The notes: generated by a model from the sequence alone, not told the origin. A DNA stretch of 64,000 nucleotides from Nitrospirota bacterium (GCA_040758355.1 JBFLWF010000009.1:1-64000), one strand, 5' to 3'. Counted from the stretch's first letter, positions 34,392 through 43,995 are shown. A program made the numbers and translations.

Positions 34392-35682
34392 ACGCTGCCT
34401 TTTTCATCTTTTCAAAAACTTTCCATGTCTTAAGGGTGTCGATGGCCCTTTGTAATTGATTGTCGTCTTTTTCATCCACATCTAATGGAGCCATCTCTTT
34501 TTCTTCGGGACCCTCCTTTTGCTGGTCGTTTTTAAGGTGTCCTTCCAGATCTTTTTCCCTTATAACCCTGTGCTGCTCCTTTCCATCCTTAACCTCGAGT
34601 TTTACGACTATATCAGGGGTAATTCCAACACCCTGAATGCTTGTGCCCTTTGGCGTATAGTACTTTGCAGTGGTAAGTCGCAGCCCCGAACCGTCGCTGA
34701 GGGGAATAAGGCTCTGCACAGAGCCCTTTCCAAAGGTCTGGACACCGATAATTACTGCCCTGTTCCAGTCTTTCAATGCGCCTGCAACGATTTCTGATGC
34801 ACTTGCGCTGCCCTGGTTGACGAGGACTACCATAGGCATATCCGCATATGGTTTTTCCCCCTCTGTAAAGTATTCTGTTTTTTCACCGCTTTTGCTCTTT
34901 ATGTAAACTACGAGCTTTTTGGGCGGAAGGAACTGTTCGGTAACCTCCACAGCGCTGTTCAGGAGGCCCCCAGGATCGTTTCTCAGGTCAATGATCAGCG
35001 AGGTCATGCCTTCCTTTGACAGCTTCTCCAGCGCAGTGGAGAGGTCAGGACCTGTGGACTCCTGAAACTGGGTTATTTTTATGTACCCTATTCCGTCTTG
35101 AAGCATCCTTGACTTTACGCTCTTGATCTTTATGATATCCCTGACTATTGTAAAATCCTTTGTCTCTTTCCAGCCTTCCCTGAATATGGTCAATATAATG
35201 GATGTGCCTTTCGGCCCACGCATTTTAGAAACAGCATCCGTCAACCCCATATTCTTTGTAGACTCTCCGGAGATCTTGAGGATCTTATCGCCTGCCTTAA
35301 TGCCTGCCTTAAATGCCGGCGTGTCTTCGATTGGAGCTATAACCGTGAGTATTCCGTCCTTAATCCCTATGTGAATGCCGAGTCCCCCGAATTCGCCCTT
35401 TGTTTCTACCTGCAGTTCCTTTAATGCCTCGGGCGTCATATAGCTTGAATGCGGATCGAGGGAGTTAATCATCCCTTTAATGGCGCCAACCACGAGGTCC
35501 TTTGTTTTGACCTCATCGACATAGTTTTTCTTTACAAGGGTAAGAACCTCGGTAAAGGTACGCAACTCTTCATACCCGTTTTGTGCATTTACAGTTTCTA
35601 CCGCCCATCTGCCCGCTACTATTCCGATTAAGGCGATGGAGAATATTACTGTTACAAAAAGCCATCTCTTCCTTCGAAACAT
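34390..35682 (-). CDS. ctpA: Carboxyl-terminal processing protease (S41)
   Basis: LDPHS, GLG-HI PDZ, DLRNDPGG, SASASE and TFGKGSVQ motifs. Confidence 0.93.
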   Translation of the reverse strand: MFRRKRWLFVTVIFSIALIGIVAGRWAVETVNAQNGYEELRTFTEVLTLVKKNYVDEVKTKDLVVGAIKGMINSLDPHSSYMTPEALKELQVETKGEFGGLGIHIGIKDGILTVIAPIEDTPAFKAGIKAGDKILKISGESTKNMGLTDAVSKMRGPKGTSIILTIFREGWKETKDFTIVRDIIKIKSVKSRMLQDGIGYIKITQFQESTGPDLSTALEKLSKEGMTSLIIDLRNDPGGLLNSAVEVTEQFLPPKKLVVYIKSKSGEKTEYFTEGEKPYADMPMVVLVNQGSASASEIVAGALKDWNRAVIIGVQTFGKGSVQSLIPLSDGSGLRLTTAKYYTPKGTSIQGVGITPDIVVKLEVKDGKEQHRVIREKDLEGHLKNDQQKEGPEEKEMAPLDVDEKDDNQLQRAIDTLKTWKVFEKMKKAA

Positions 35683-35704
35683 CCTTTATCCTCCGTAACG
35701 ACTC

Positions 35705-36889
35705 TTATTTCTTCAGCCATTGTTGAGGGTCAAGGGGTTTCCCTTTATATCTGAGCTCGAAATAGAGACCGCTTGCTCCGATGGTGCTGGATTCCCCCAC
35801 CTCTCCGATGGTTGTATGTTCTTTTATTATAGCTCCATTTTTCAAAAAAATCTTGGACAGGTTTCCGTACAGCGTATGATAACCGCCTCCATGACTGATT
35901 ATAATTAGTTGACCGTATCCCTTGAAATCGTCGGCAAATACAACCTTGCCTTCATGAACTGCCTTCACGGAAGACCCATTGGATGTTTTTATATGAATAC
36001 CGCTTCTGAAGACAGGCAGGTTAAACAAGGGGTCGACCTGTGTTCCGTACTGAATGGCCACGGTGCCGTTTACCGGCCACGAGAGTTTTCCCTTTAATCT
36101 CGCAAACCCACTGTCCTCAACCGGCTCCTCTTCCTTTATTCCAGGTCTTGTTCCTTTCTTTTTCCTCAGCTCGCTTTCCCGCCTTTCGGATTCCTGTATT
36201 ATTCTCATGAGCCTGTTTGATGCCTCCTGCAATTCCTTTATCATTTTTTCATAAGTCTTTTTTTCCTTTCTGACGCTGACCAAGAGAGACTCCCTCTCTT
36301 TTTTCTTTTCTTTCAAAGAGCCTTCCAATTTGGTGAGTTTTCCCTCTTCTGTTTTGAGTTCTGAAGATAATTTTTTAAGGTTGTTCTGTTTTTCGCTTAA
36401 GACCCTGACGGTCTCTTTGTATTTGTTTATAAGCCTGTAGTCGTATGTGGATATATCGCTTATGTACCGCAGCGTCCTTAAGGTTTGCGATATATCCTCT
36501 CCGCCTATTAGTATGAGGAGAGCGTCGTTTCCCTTGCTTATCCTCTGTAATACCCGCAGTCTTTTTTTGAGGAGATTACCTTGTAAATTAAGGCTCTCTT
36601 TGTTGTTGTTAATATCCACCTGCAAGGCCGATATATTGCTTTGTATTTTTTTTATTTTTCCGCGCTGGACTGTAAGCTGGTCTTCTATTTCATCGAGCTC
36701 CGCATTTGTTCTTCTCAGTTCTTCAATGACGGATTTTTCTGCCTTTTTTACCGATTCGAGTTTTTTCTTATGAGTCTTTATATCTTTTTGTATCTGTTTG
36801 TACTCTTCGTGAGGGCTCTCGGCATGAACAACAGTAAACAATAAACATAAAAGAATGGAGTAATGGAGTAGTGGAGTGATGCATTTCAA
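35705..36889 (-). CDS. envC: Murein hydrolase activator EnvC (coiled coil plus degenerate M23)
   Basis: Long coiled coil; WPV-G, G-V-FA---GYG and LYFELR motifs; downstream of ftsEX. Confidence 0.88.
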   Translation of the reverse strand: MKCITPLLHYSILLCLLFTVVHAESPHEEYKQIQKDIKTHKKKLESVKKAEKSVIEELRRTNAELDEIEDQLTVQRGKIKKIQSNISALQVDINNNKESLNLQGNLLKKRLRVLQRISKGNDALLILIGGEDISQTLRTLRYISDISTYDYRLINKYKETVRVLSEKQNNLKKLSSELKTEEGKLTKLEGSLKEKKKERESLLVSVRKEKKTYEKMIKELQEASNRLMRIIQESERRESELRKKKGTRPGIKEEEPVEDSGFARLKGKLSWPVNGTVAIQYGTQVDPLFNLPVFRSGIHIKTSNGSSVKAVHEGKVVFADDFKGYGQLIIISHGGGYHTLYGNLSKIFLKNGAIIKEHTTIGEVGESSTIGASGLYFELRYKGKPLDPQQWLKK

Positions 36890-37761
36890 AGCTTTAATCT
36901 CCCGATGGCAATGACAGAGCCTACGATTCCCAGCGCAATTCCTGTTACTGGCAGCAGGATTAAAATTTCGAGGGGAAAGACTAATGTCTTGAGCATGGGA
37001 ATAACCATGCTCAATCTGTATGTAACTGCAAAATAAAAGAGCAGTGCGCCGATTATTCCAAGAATTCCTCCGAAGAATCCGATGGCGCCGCCCTCTATGA
37101 GAAAGGGCATTCGTATAAAGCCCTTTGTTGCTCCAAGGAGTTTGATTATCTCTATCTCATCTTTTTTTCTGTAAAATAAGATCTTTACCGTGCTGTAAGT
37201 AACAAAGACAACGCCTGTGGAGATCGTTACGAAGATTATGATGCTCATGTTCTGCAAGGATTTTTTCAGGAGGTGAATCGCCTCTGCTATTTTTTCTCCG
37301 TAGTACACATCATCAATGCCAGATACCTTTTTTATCTCCTCGGAAATCCGTTTTGCAGCGGCGGATGTTACAAAATCTCTTTTCAGTCTTATTTCGATAG
37401 ACGACGAGAGCGGATTTTCATCCAGCCCTTCAAGAATATAGCGGGTATCCTTCAAGGTCTGTTTTAACTCTTTTATGGCATCATCCTTTGATATATATTT
37501 CAAGCCCGCAATGTCGTTCCTCTTTTTGAGGGCATCCACGATGCCCTGTACTTCTTCCTGCGAAACGTTGTCATTAAGATATGCCACCAGAGAAAAGCGC
37601 TCGGGAAGATGGCTCGCAACAAGCTCTACATTGTAGAGGAAAAAGGCAGTGAGGGTTATTATCAGCAGGCTGGACGCCACGGTAAGTATGGAAAGGATGT
37701 TAATCCATTTCTCCCTGCAGAGGCTCTGGAAAGCCGATTTAAATGAATAGGCCAGCGTCAT
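36886..37761 (-). CDS. ftsX: Cell division permease FtsX
   Basis: TM pattern, ENPL and EI-IIKLLGAT--FI--PFL-EG motif. Confidence 0.92.
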   Translation of the reverse strand: MTLAYSFKSAFQSLCREKWINILSILTVASSLLIITLTAFFLYNVELVASHLPERFSLVAYLNDNVSQEEVQGIVDALKKRNDIAGLKYISKDDAIKELKQTLKDTRYILEGLDENPLSSSIEIRLKRDFVTSAAAKRISEEIKKVSGIDDVYYGEKIAEAIHLLKKSLQNMSIIIFVTISTGVVFVTYSTVKILFYRKKDEIEIIKLLGATKGFIRMPFLIEGGAIGFFGGILGIIGALLFYFAVTYRLSMVIPMLKTLVFPLEILILLPVTGIALGIVGSVIAIGRLKL

Positions 37762-38423
37762 CAGCCTACCTCCTCGCCAACGAGATTTCCGCCGTCCAAT
37801 TTCAGCACACGCCTTCCGGTATTTCTGAACAACTCCCTGTTGTGGGTTGCGATGAGGATTGTCGTTCCCTGGAGATTTATCTCTTCAAATAGTTTTATTA
37901 TGTCAATCGATGTGTTGGGATCGAGGTTCCCTGTCGGTTCATCGGCAAGCAAAACGAGGGGCTCTGTTACAATTGCCCTCGCAATAACAACCCTCTGCTG
38001 CTCGCCTCCTGAAAGGCTGCGCGGATAGCTGTCCGAGAGGTGGCGGAGGTGAACTTTTTTTAATGCCTCGGAAACGAGGTTCTTAATCTCCTTTTCGCTA
38101 ACCCCCTTGATCCTCAAAGCCATGGCTACATTGTCGAATACGGTAAGGTTATTTATGAGCTTGAAATCCTGAAATACAACGCCGATGCTTCTTCGCAGGC
38201 GGGGTATTTGAGGCGTCTTTAAGGATTGAAGGTGAAAGTCTCCGATAACTATGTCTCCTTCATCGGGCCATTCAGCAAGATACATAAGCTTTAAGAGAGT
38301 GGATTTGCCGGCGCCGCTGGGGCCTGTTAAAAAAGACATTTCGCCCTTCCGGACGGAGAAGGTTATATTTTTAAGGACGCTCTGATGTTCGTAATATTTC
38401 GAGACATTTTGGAATGCTATCAT
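37761..38423 (-). CDS. ftsE: Cell division ATP-binding protein FtsE
   Basis: GPSGAGKST, VFQDF, LSGGEQQRV and ADEPTGNLD motifs. Confidence 0.94.
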   Translation of the reverse strand: MIAFQNVSKYYEHQSVLKNITFSVRKGEMSFLTGPSGAGKSTLLKLMYLAEWPDEGDIVIGDFHLQSLKTPQIPRLRRSIGVVFQDFKLINNLTVFDNVAMALRIKGVSEKEIKNLVSEALKKVHLRHLSDSYPRSLSGGEQQRVVIARAIVTEPLVLLADEPTGNLDPNTSIDIIKLFEEINLQGTTILIATHNRELFRNTGRRVLKLDGGNLVGEEVG

Positions 38424-38430
38424 AGCTTTA

Positions 38431-38505
38431 ATGGTGGATGAGTTTATGAACAGATGAGAAAAAAATAATCATTAACTTATTAACCCATTTACCCATTAAC
38501 TCATT
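38431..38505. repeat. Degenerate palindrome of 8-bp tandem units
   Basis: atgagttt atgaacag atgagaaa / taacttat taacccat ttacccat taactcat in the tkt-ftsE spacer. Confidence 0.55.
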
Positions 38506-39481
38506 TCCTCATAAACTCAATCACTGTCTTTACTATATCTTCTGCTGTAAGCCCGTAGAGCTTCAGCAGCTCATCAGGCTTGCCAGAGCCTCCAAAGGTA
38601 TCCCTTGTGCCGATTCTCTTCACAGGGATCGGATGGTATTCTGATAAGAACTCGGCAACAGCGCCACCAAGACCCCCTATTATGGAGTGCTCCTCTGCAG
38701 TTACTATGAGCTTTGCGTTTTTTGCAGCCTCAAGCAATGTTTCTGCATCAAGAGGCTTTACTGTGGACATGTTAACGACACCTGCATCTATTCCCTCTTT
38801 TGATAGCATCTCCCTTGCCTGCAGTGCCGCAGAGACCATTATCCCGTTGGCAATGATATTTACATCACGCCCGATATGGAATTTATATGCCTTCCCTATC
38901 CTGAACTTATAATCAGCAGGCATTACAGCGGGAACCTTAGCCCTCCCAAGTCTTACATAAACAGGGCCTTCGTAGTCTGCCACGGTATCGATTACCTGTT
39001 TTGTCTCGAAACCATCAGAAGGGACTATTACAACTATTTCAGGCAGGACACGCATCAGGGACACATCTTCCAATGCCTGATGGGATGCGCCGTCCTCTCC
39101 AACAGTTATGCCGGCGTGGGTGGCAACAAGCTTTACATTGAGGCGAGAGTAACAGATGGTCTGTCGTATCTGCTCCCATGCCCTTCCTGTTTCGAATATG
39201 GCGAATGTTGATGCAAATGGTATCTTTCCTGCGAGGGATAATCCTCCTGCTGTTCCCATCATATCCTGCTCCGATATGCCCATATTGAAGAATCTATCGG
39301 GAAATGCCTTTGCGAATTTGGCTGTCTTTGTTGAGCCTGAAAGGTCTGCATCGAGCACTACGATTTTTTCATTTCTTTTTCCCAGTTCTGCAAGGGCTGC
39401 GCCGTAAGCATCTCTTGTTGCAACAGCCTGCCCGGCGAAACTTTGAGATTCGACTGCTGACTTTTCTTCCCTACTTCCCAT
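38501..39481 (-). CDS. Transketolase, C-terminal subunit
   Basis: DADLSGST, GISEQ, GEDGASHQ, Y-RLGR and EEH---GGLG motifs. Confidence 0.93.
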   Translation of the reverse strand: MGSREEKSAVESQSFAGQAVATRDAYGAALAELGKRNEKIVVLDADLSGSTKTAKFAKAFPDRFFNMGISEQDMMGTAGGLSLAGKIPFASTFAIFETGRAWEQIRQTICYSRLNVKLVATHAGITVGEDGASHQALEDVSLMRVLPEIVVIVPSDGFETKQVIDTVADYEGPVYVRLGRAKVPAVMPADYKFRIGKAYKFHIGRDVNIIANGIMVSAALQAREMLSKEGIDAGVVNMSTVKPLDAETLLEAAKNAKLIVTAEEHSIIGGLGGAVAEFLSEYHPIPVKRIGTRDTFGGSGKPDELLKLYGLTAEDIVKTVIEFMRK

Positions 39482-40313
39482 TTCCGCCCAACTCCTTTAA
39501 TGCGATTTCAAGCTCTTCCTTTGTGGGTGCAAGTCCGTGATATTCCACCTTGCCTTCGAATATGGATACTCCTTTGCCCTTTATTGTCTTTGCAAGTATC
39601 ACAGAAGGCTTGCCTTTTATCTTTTCTGCCTCATCGAGGGTATTTACAATTTCTTCCATGTTGTGGCCGTCTATCTCAAATATATGCCAGTTAAAAGCCT
39701 TCCATTTTTCAGCCACAGGATCTATTTTCATTACATCTTCACATCTTCCGTCTATCTGCAAACTGTTTAGATCCACAATGGCGCATAAGTTATCGAGGGC
39801 ATAATGCCCTGCTGTCATTGCAGCCTCCCATACCTGGCCTTCCTGGATCTCGCCGTCGCCCAGAAGGCAATAAACCCTTGCAGGGCTATCATCGAGCCTC
39901 AATCCTAATGCCATGCCGTTTGCTATGGACAATCCCTGACCCAGAGAGCCTGTGGAGACCTCTATGCCCTGAAGCATTTTTGATGAAGGATGTCCCTGTA
40001 GAGGGCTACCAGTTCTTCTGAGGGTGCCAAGAAGGGATTTGTCGAAATAACCTGTTAAAGCAAGGACCGTGTAGAGAAGAGGTGCTGCATGGCCTTTTGA
40101 TAGAATGAACCTGTCCCTTTCGGGCCATTTTGGATCATCGGGTCTGTGTCTCATTTTATAGAAATATAATGCAGTAACAATATCTGCCGCGGATAAGGAG
40201 CCGCCTGTGTGGCCTGAGCCTGCCTGTGCGAGCATTTTCAATATCTCTATCCTGACTGTACGCGCCTGCTCTTTAAGAAATTCAATATCGCGAGATTGTG
40301 TTACAGTGGCCAT
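39471..40313 (-). CDS. Transketolase, N-terminal (ThDP-binding) subunit
   Basis: GH-GGSLS, DRFILSKGH, TGSLGQG and GDGE--EG motifs. Confidence 0.93.
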   Translation of the reverse strand: MATVTQSRDIEFLKEQARTVRIEILKMLAQAGSGHTGGSLSAADIVTALYFYKMRHRPDDPKWPERDRFILSKGHAAPLLYTVLALTGYFDKSLLGTLRRTGSPLQGHPSSKMLQGIEVSTGSLGQGLSIANGMALGLRLDDSPARVYCLLGDGEIQEGQVWEAAMTAGHYALDNLCAIVDLNSLQIDGRCEDVMKIDPVAEKWKAFNWHIFEIDGHNMEEIVNTLDEAEKIKGKPSVILAKTIKGKGVSIFEGKVEYHGLAPTKEELEIALKELGGNGK

Positions 40314-40442
40314 TAACAATTTCCTTTCCCGGTCAAAAAATTAGAATATTATATACCATGCGGATAAAAAAATGTAATGATGAACTCGCTACGGTGATCT
40401 GCCAGCTTATTGTATCCGACCGGATACAGGCATTTTCTGGTC

Positions 40443-40799
40443 TCAACACGCCATAAGGTTTATATCATACCCATGCAACTGAAAGGCAAACCGCAAGTCC
40501 CTCCTCTGTTCCGAAGCAAGGGATGCATATATCTCCTTCACCTTTTCTCCGGAGCGCTGTGTGCAATTATATTTATAGAGGTTATCCTTTACATCTTGTG
40601 ACAGATGGGTGTCATTGAGTATTTTGCTCAAATCACCCGATTCGCAGAGCATTTTATAAAGCCCTTCCCTATTGCTCCCGAAGAAGTAACCCTTGCCATG
40701 CTTGGTAACCACAAAGGTATCAGAACAGCCCCAAAGGACGATTAAGCTTAACAGCGCAGTTAGCAGTGTCAATAATTTTATATTCTTTGCGCTCTTCAT
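40443..40799 (-). CDS. Cys-containing lipoprotein; possible Cys-Sec readthrough to 40407
   Basis: Lipobox LWGC; ends ...INLMAC-TGA followed by a SECIS-like hairpin. Confidence 0.75.
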   Translation of the reverse strand: MKSAKNIKLLTLLTALLSLIVLWGCSDTFVVTKHGKGYFFGSNREGLYKMLCESGDLSKILNDTHLSQDVKDNLYKYNCTQRSGEKVKEIYASLASEQRRDLRFAFQLHGYDINLMAC

Positions 40800-41305
40800 T
40801 TTTTACCTCCCAATAGTTTTAAAATTTTCTCCTTCATCTGGGGAGAATCCCACTCCCTTTCACCCATAATCTTTTCTATTACGACCCCGTTTCTGTCTAT
40901 TAAAAAGGTTGTTGGAAGCCCTAATACAGCATACTCATCAAAGGAAACAGCCTTGTCTTTATCCATGAGTACGGGGAATGTGAGCTTAAGTTCCCTTGCA
41001 AAGGACTTCACAGGTTTTTCCGATGCATCCACAGATACTGCGAGGACAACAAGACCTTTATCCTTGTATTCATTGTAGAGATTATTCAGAGACGGCATCT
41101 CTGCCCTGCATGGGCCGCACCACGTTGCCCAGAAATTGAGAAGAACAGCCTTGCCCCTGAATTCCGAGAGATTCACTTTTTTGCCATTGATGTCATTCAG
41201 CGTAAAATCAGGGGCACTCCCTTGTGCCGCAGAGACAGGATTCGAAAGGATGGTACATAAAGCCAAAAGAGCGATTAGTGTAAGGAAAAGCCTGAACTTC
41301 ACCAT
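40796..41305 (-). CDS. TlpA/ResA-family thiol:disulfide oxidoreductase
   Basis: APDFTL, NFWATWCGPC--EMP and LPTTFLID motifs; signal anchor. Confidence 0.92.
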   Translation of the reverse strand: MVKFRLFLTLIALLALCTILSNPVSAAQGSAPDFTLNDINGKKVNLSEFRGKAVLLNFWATWCGPCRAEMPSLNNLYNEYKDKGLVVLAVSVDASEKPVKSFARELKLTFPVLMDKDKAVSFDEYAVLGLPTTFLIDRNGVVIEKIMGEREWDSPQMKEKILKLLGGKK

Positions 41306-41424
41306 GCCACCTCCCACAAGTGCATAGTTTATTAATTTATAAACAGTATAGCACTTAGTTTGTGAAAAAACAATGAACGAACTAATGCGAGTGCGGGAAT
41401 AAAGCGGAGACTGTGAAGGATAAA

Positions 41425-41453
41425 AAAGGGAGGGGCGTACGCCCCTCCCTTAA
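41425..41453 (-). terminator. Rho-independent terminator after the porin gene
   Basis: AAGGGAGGGGCG-TA-CGCCCCTCCCTT followed by a T-run on the minus strand. Confidence 0.75.
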
Positions 41454-41473
41454 ATTTAATGATAAGTTAGCGT

Positions 41474-42988
41474 TTAGAATAAGACATCAAAGGTCAGGTA
41501 GATGTCTGTCGCTTTGTCAACTACCTCATGGAATACACCCGCGCCAGTCCCTGTTTGTCTTAAATCGGAAATTTTCTGTGGTGCGCCGACCCAGTTATTG
41601 CTTCCAGTGTATTTGAAGTCATAGTACTGATAGCCGAGCCTGAAGAAAGCCTTGCCTCTCTTAGCAATAGGCTTCTTACTGAGTTCCTGGATAAGATAAA
41701 CCTCGTAAACATTGCCTCTTGTGCCGAGCTTGCCTGTCCATATGTCGTCATTTGCAGGAACGAATGTTATCCAGTTCTTTGAGCCGTGGTTGTATTCTGC
41801 TCCGATCTTTGTGCCTGTGGATTTAATGTCATACCTGCCGCCGAGATAGAAGGCATTTCCAGTACGTGATTTTTTGCCTTCGACAGTGTCCCACATTAAT
41901 CCGAAAGAGTTACCATCTGCGAATGGTCCCATAGAGTTAGGATTGGGACGTGTTTTGCTGATAGCGCCAGATGCGAAGAGATTGAGGTCTCCGACCTTGC
42001 CCATAGCTGTCACACCATACCAATCTATCTCGCCCAAATTTGTATTCGCGTTTGCGGTTAGGTTATCTGGGCGGAAAAATATATTAGAGCCTCTGTTCCA
42101 GTTGAGTTCGACATGGAAGTTATCGGTATCGTAAGGAACCACATCTAAGCCGAACATGGATGTATCTTTAAGATTATTGTTCTGCGGTCTGAATCCGCTG
42201 TCCAAGCCTTTCCCGTAACAGAATTTTGCATAGGCGCCGGGAAGGGCATCTATGTCAGGGGCATAACCTAATGTTAAACCATCAAATGCATAATCAACCA
42301 ATAAAGAGGGAACTCCTGCTGTTCCTGTTTTTTCGGTATTCATCCTCAGGTTTTGCGGGATGCCGCCTGTTGATGGCCTTCTACCAATGGAGAACCATAC
42401 CGGTGCGCCGCCAATATTGCTCCACGTTGCATATGCCTGGTCAACCCTGAGGGTATTGTCCTGTGGAATGTGGCTGGTTGTTCCATCAAATACGGTCCTG
42501 TCAGCAAAGAAGGCATTGTTTGTTACGGGGTTGGCATTACCCATTCCCCATACCTTGTACATGAGGAGCCTTGCCTTGACATTAATGTCTTCTGTTGCCT
42601 TTGCATTCAAATTAAGTCCAAAGCGATTGGTGAATAGAGAGTCATTCTTTACATCTCTTCCTGCAGTTGCATTAACTGCCGAACCGTCTGCATTGAAGAC
42701 CCGTGCATCGTGCGTTTTACCGCTTAAGCTGTCAATCCTTGCCCTGAAGTCTCCACCAATCTCCAGCCATGAAGGCCCTGCGGCTTGTTCAGCCTTTTTC
42801 TCAACAACCGTGATTCTTTCCTCCTTTGCGGTCTCTTTCTGCTGCATCTCCTGCATCTGCTGTTTCAGGCGATCGAGCTCTTTTGAAAGCGCCTCGATCT
42901 TCTGAAGAAGGTCGCCCTGGTCGGCAGCAAATGCGGGGAGAGGAAGTAGAAAAGAGAGTGAAAGGAGAACTGCCAAAAACTTCTTCAT
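41474..42988 (-). CDS. DUF3373-like outer-membrane beta-barrel protein
   Basis: Signal peptide, coiled coil, GDFR-R-D, IGRRPST-G-P, EYNHGSK-W, C-terminal Phe. Confidence 0.8.
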   Translation of the reverse strand: MKKFLAVLLSLSFLLPLPAFAADQGDLLQKIEALSKELDRLKQQMQEMQQKETAKEERITVVEKKAEQAAGPSWLEIGGDFRARIDSLSGKTHDARVFNADGSAVNATAGRDVKNDSLFTNRFGLNLNAKATEDINVKARLLMYKVWGMGNANPVTNNAFFADRTVFDGTTSHIPQDNTLRVDQAYATWSNIGGAPVWFSIGRRPSTGGIPQNLRMNTEKTGTAGVPSLLVDYAFDGLTLGYAPDIDALPGAYAKFCYGKGLDSGFRPQNNNLKDTSMFGLDVVPYDTDNFHVELNWNRGSNIFFRPDNLTANANTNLGEIDWYGVTAMGKVGDLNLFASGAISKTRPNPNSMGPFADGNSFGLMWDTVEGKKSRTGNAFYLGGRYDIKSTGTKIGAEYNHGSKNWITFVPANDDIWTGKLGTRGNVYEVYLIQELSKKPIAKRGKAFFRLGYQYYDFKYTGSNNWVGAPQKISDLRQTGTGAGVFHEVVDKATDIYLTFDVLF

Positions 42989-43017
42989 AAACACCCCCTG
43001 TTAAAATTTTGTAAACA

Positions 43018-43046
43018 TTTATACCATCAATCGATAAATAAGTCAA
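43018..43046 (-). promoter_or_regulatory. Sigma70 promoter of the porin gene
   Basis: TTGACT (43046-43041), 17 bp spacer, TATAAA (43023-43018). Confidence 0.6.
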
Positions 43047-43142
43047 GAGTTTTTTTATTAAAAGATTGCGAAACTATCTTCTTAAATTCCATAATCAGCA
43101 GCCAAACTTTTAAGTGTATGCAGGGTGTGCTGAATTTGTTAT

Positions 43143-43272
43143 GGCGGAAGACAAAGTATTTTCGCTTCATTCTCGGAAGACATCCAGCCTTCCTCCGAAG
43201 CAAAGGCAGCCAGCTTTGACATCCATGTCACGCTTAGGCTGCCCAAGTCGCTCCAATACTTTGTTTTCCGCC
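43143..43272. repeat. Structured ~130-bp nested-palindrome element (MITE or sRNA candidate)
   Basis: Outer stem GGCGGAAGACAAAGTATT / AATACTTTGTTTTCCGCC encloses two hairpins with ACATCCA near their apices. Confidence 0.6.
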
Positions 43273-43327
43273 TTGACTGTCCGTAATTTATGAATAATGT
43301 GGGTTAGGAATCCATAAGTTCAAAAAG

Positions 43328-43366
43328 AGGGATTTCATAAGGGGGACCCCGTCCCCCTTATGAGTT
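43328..43366. repeat. REP-like hairpin, copy 2
   Basis: TCATAAGGGGGAC-CCC-GTCCCCCTTATGA; homologous to 34353-34391. Confidence 0.7.
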
Positions 43367-43382
43367 ATGGTATAATGACCAG

Positions 43383-43865
43383 ATGGAACTTCACAGAGAG
43401 ATAAGGGCGTTTTATATAAAGCTGTCTTATTCGTATAAGGACATTACCCCGGACATTGTGGATAGTCTATGGGATCTTTCAAAAGACCTTGCCATAAATG
43501 CCATAGACATAAGTAAAAATAGCGAGGTGCTGATACATTCCGATATTGAATTCAGTTTGGCAAACTGGAATGAGGCTGTAGGGTACCTGAGGTCTGTGAC
43601 CACGCTCTTAAATGCAAAGAGCGGGTATTTGCTTGTGAGAAAAATAATAGGATTAAAGAATTCTGTCAGGACAGAATTGGAGGGATACAAGGTTACAAAG
43701 AGGGGTGTTTATAATGCAGAGATGCCGGAGTCCCCTGACTTTATAGAGGATGTAATAAGGTTTTCCGGCAGGAACAAAAAACTCCAGCAGATAGATGCAA
43801 TGGAAAAGCTGTTCAGGTTTATTGAGGAACAGGAGAAGGACAAGGATAATGAGGACGCCGGTTAG
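43383..43865 (+). CDS. Hypothetical protein
   Basis: 160-aa ORF with TGnTATAAT just upstream; no recognised motif. Confidence 0.6.
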   Translation: MELHREIRAFYIKLSYSYKDITPDIVDSLWDLSKDLAINAIDISKNSEVLIHSDIEFSLANWNEAVGYLRSVTTLLNAKSGYLLVRKIIGLKNSVRTELEGYKVTKRGVYNAEMPESPDFIEDVIRFSGRNKKLQQIDAMEKLFRFIEEQEKDKDNEDAG

Positions 43866-43866
43866 T

Positions 43867-43896
43867 TTGACAATGATTCAAATTTTTTGATATAAA
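43867..43896 (+). promoter_or_regulatory. Sigma70 promoter for tRNA-Asn
   Basis: TTGACA at 43867; TGnTATAAA at 43888-43896. Confidence 0.6.
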
Positions 43897-43913
43897 TAAG
43901 TTTTGTTAAAATT

Positions 43914-43986
43914 TCCTGGGTAGCTCAGCCGGCAGAGCGGGTGGCTGTTAACCACTTGGTCGGGGGTTCGAGTCCCTCCCCAGGAG
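43914..43986 (+). tRNA. tRNA-Asn (GTT); CCA not encoded
   Basis: Acceptor stem TCCTGGG/CCCAGGA, TAGCTCAG D-arm, anticodon loop CTGTTAA, GGTTCGAGTCC T-arm. Confidence 0.95.
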
Positions 43987-43995
43987 CTTAAAGGC

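Noticed and set aside
43143..43272. 6S RNA or riboswitch call for the structured element
   Set aside because: It is branched and asymmetric rather than a rod with a central bubble, I recognise no aptamer consensus, and it lies outside the porin leader.
43914..43986. tRNA-Asn as the integration site of an island
   Set aside because: No integrase and no duplicated tRNA 3' end seen in the window.
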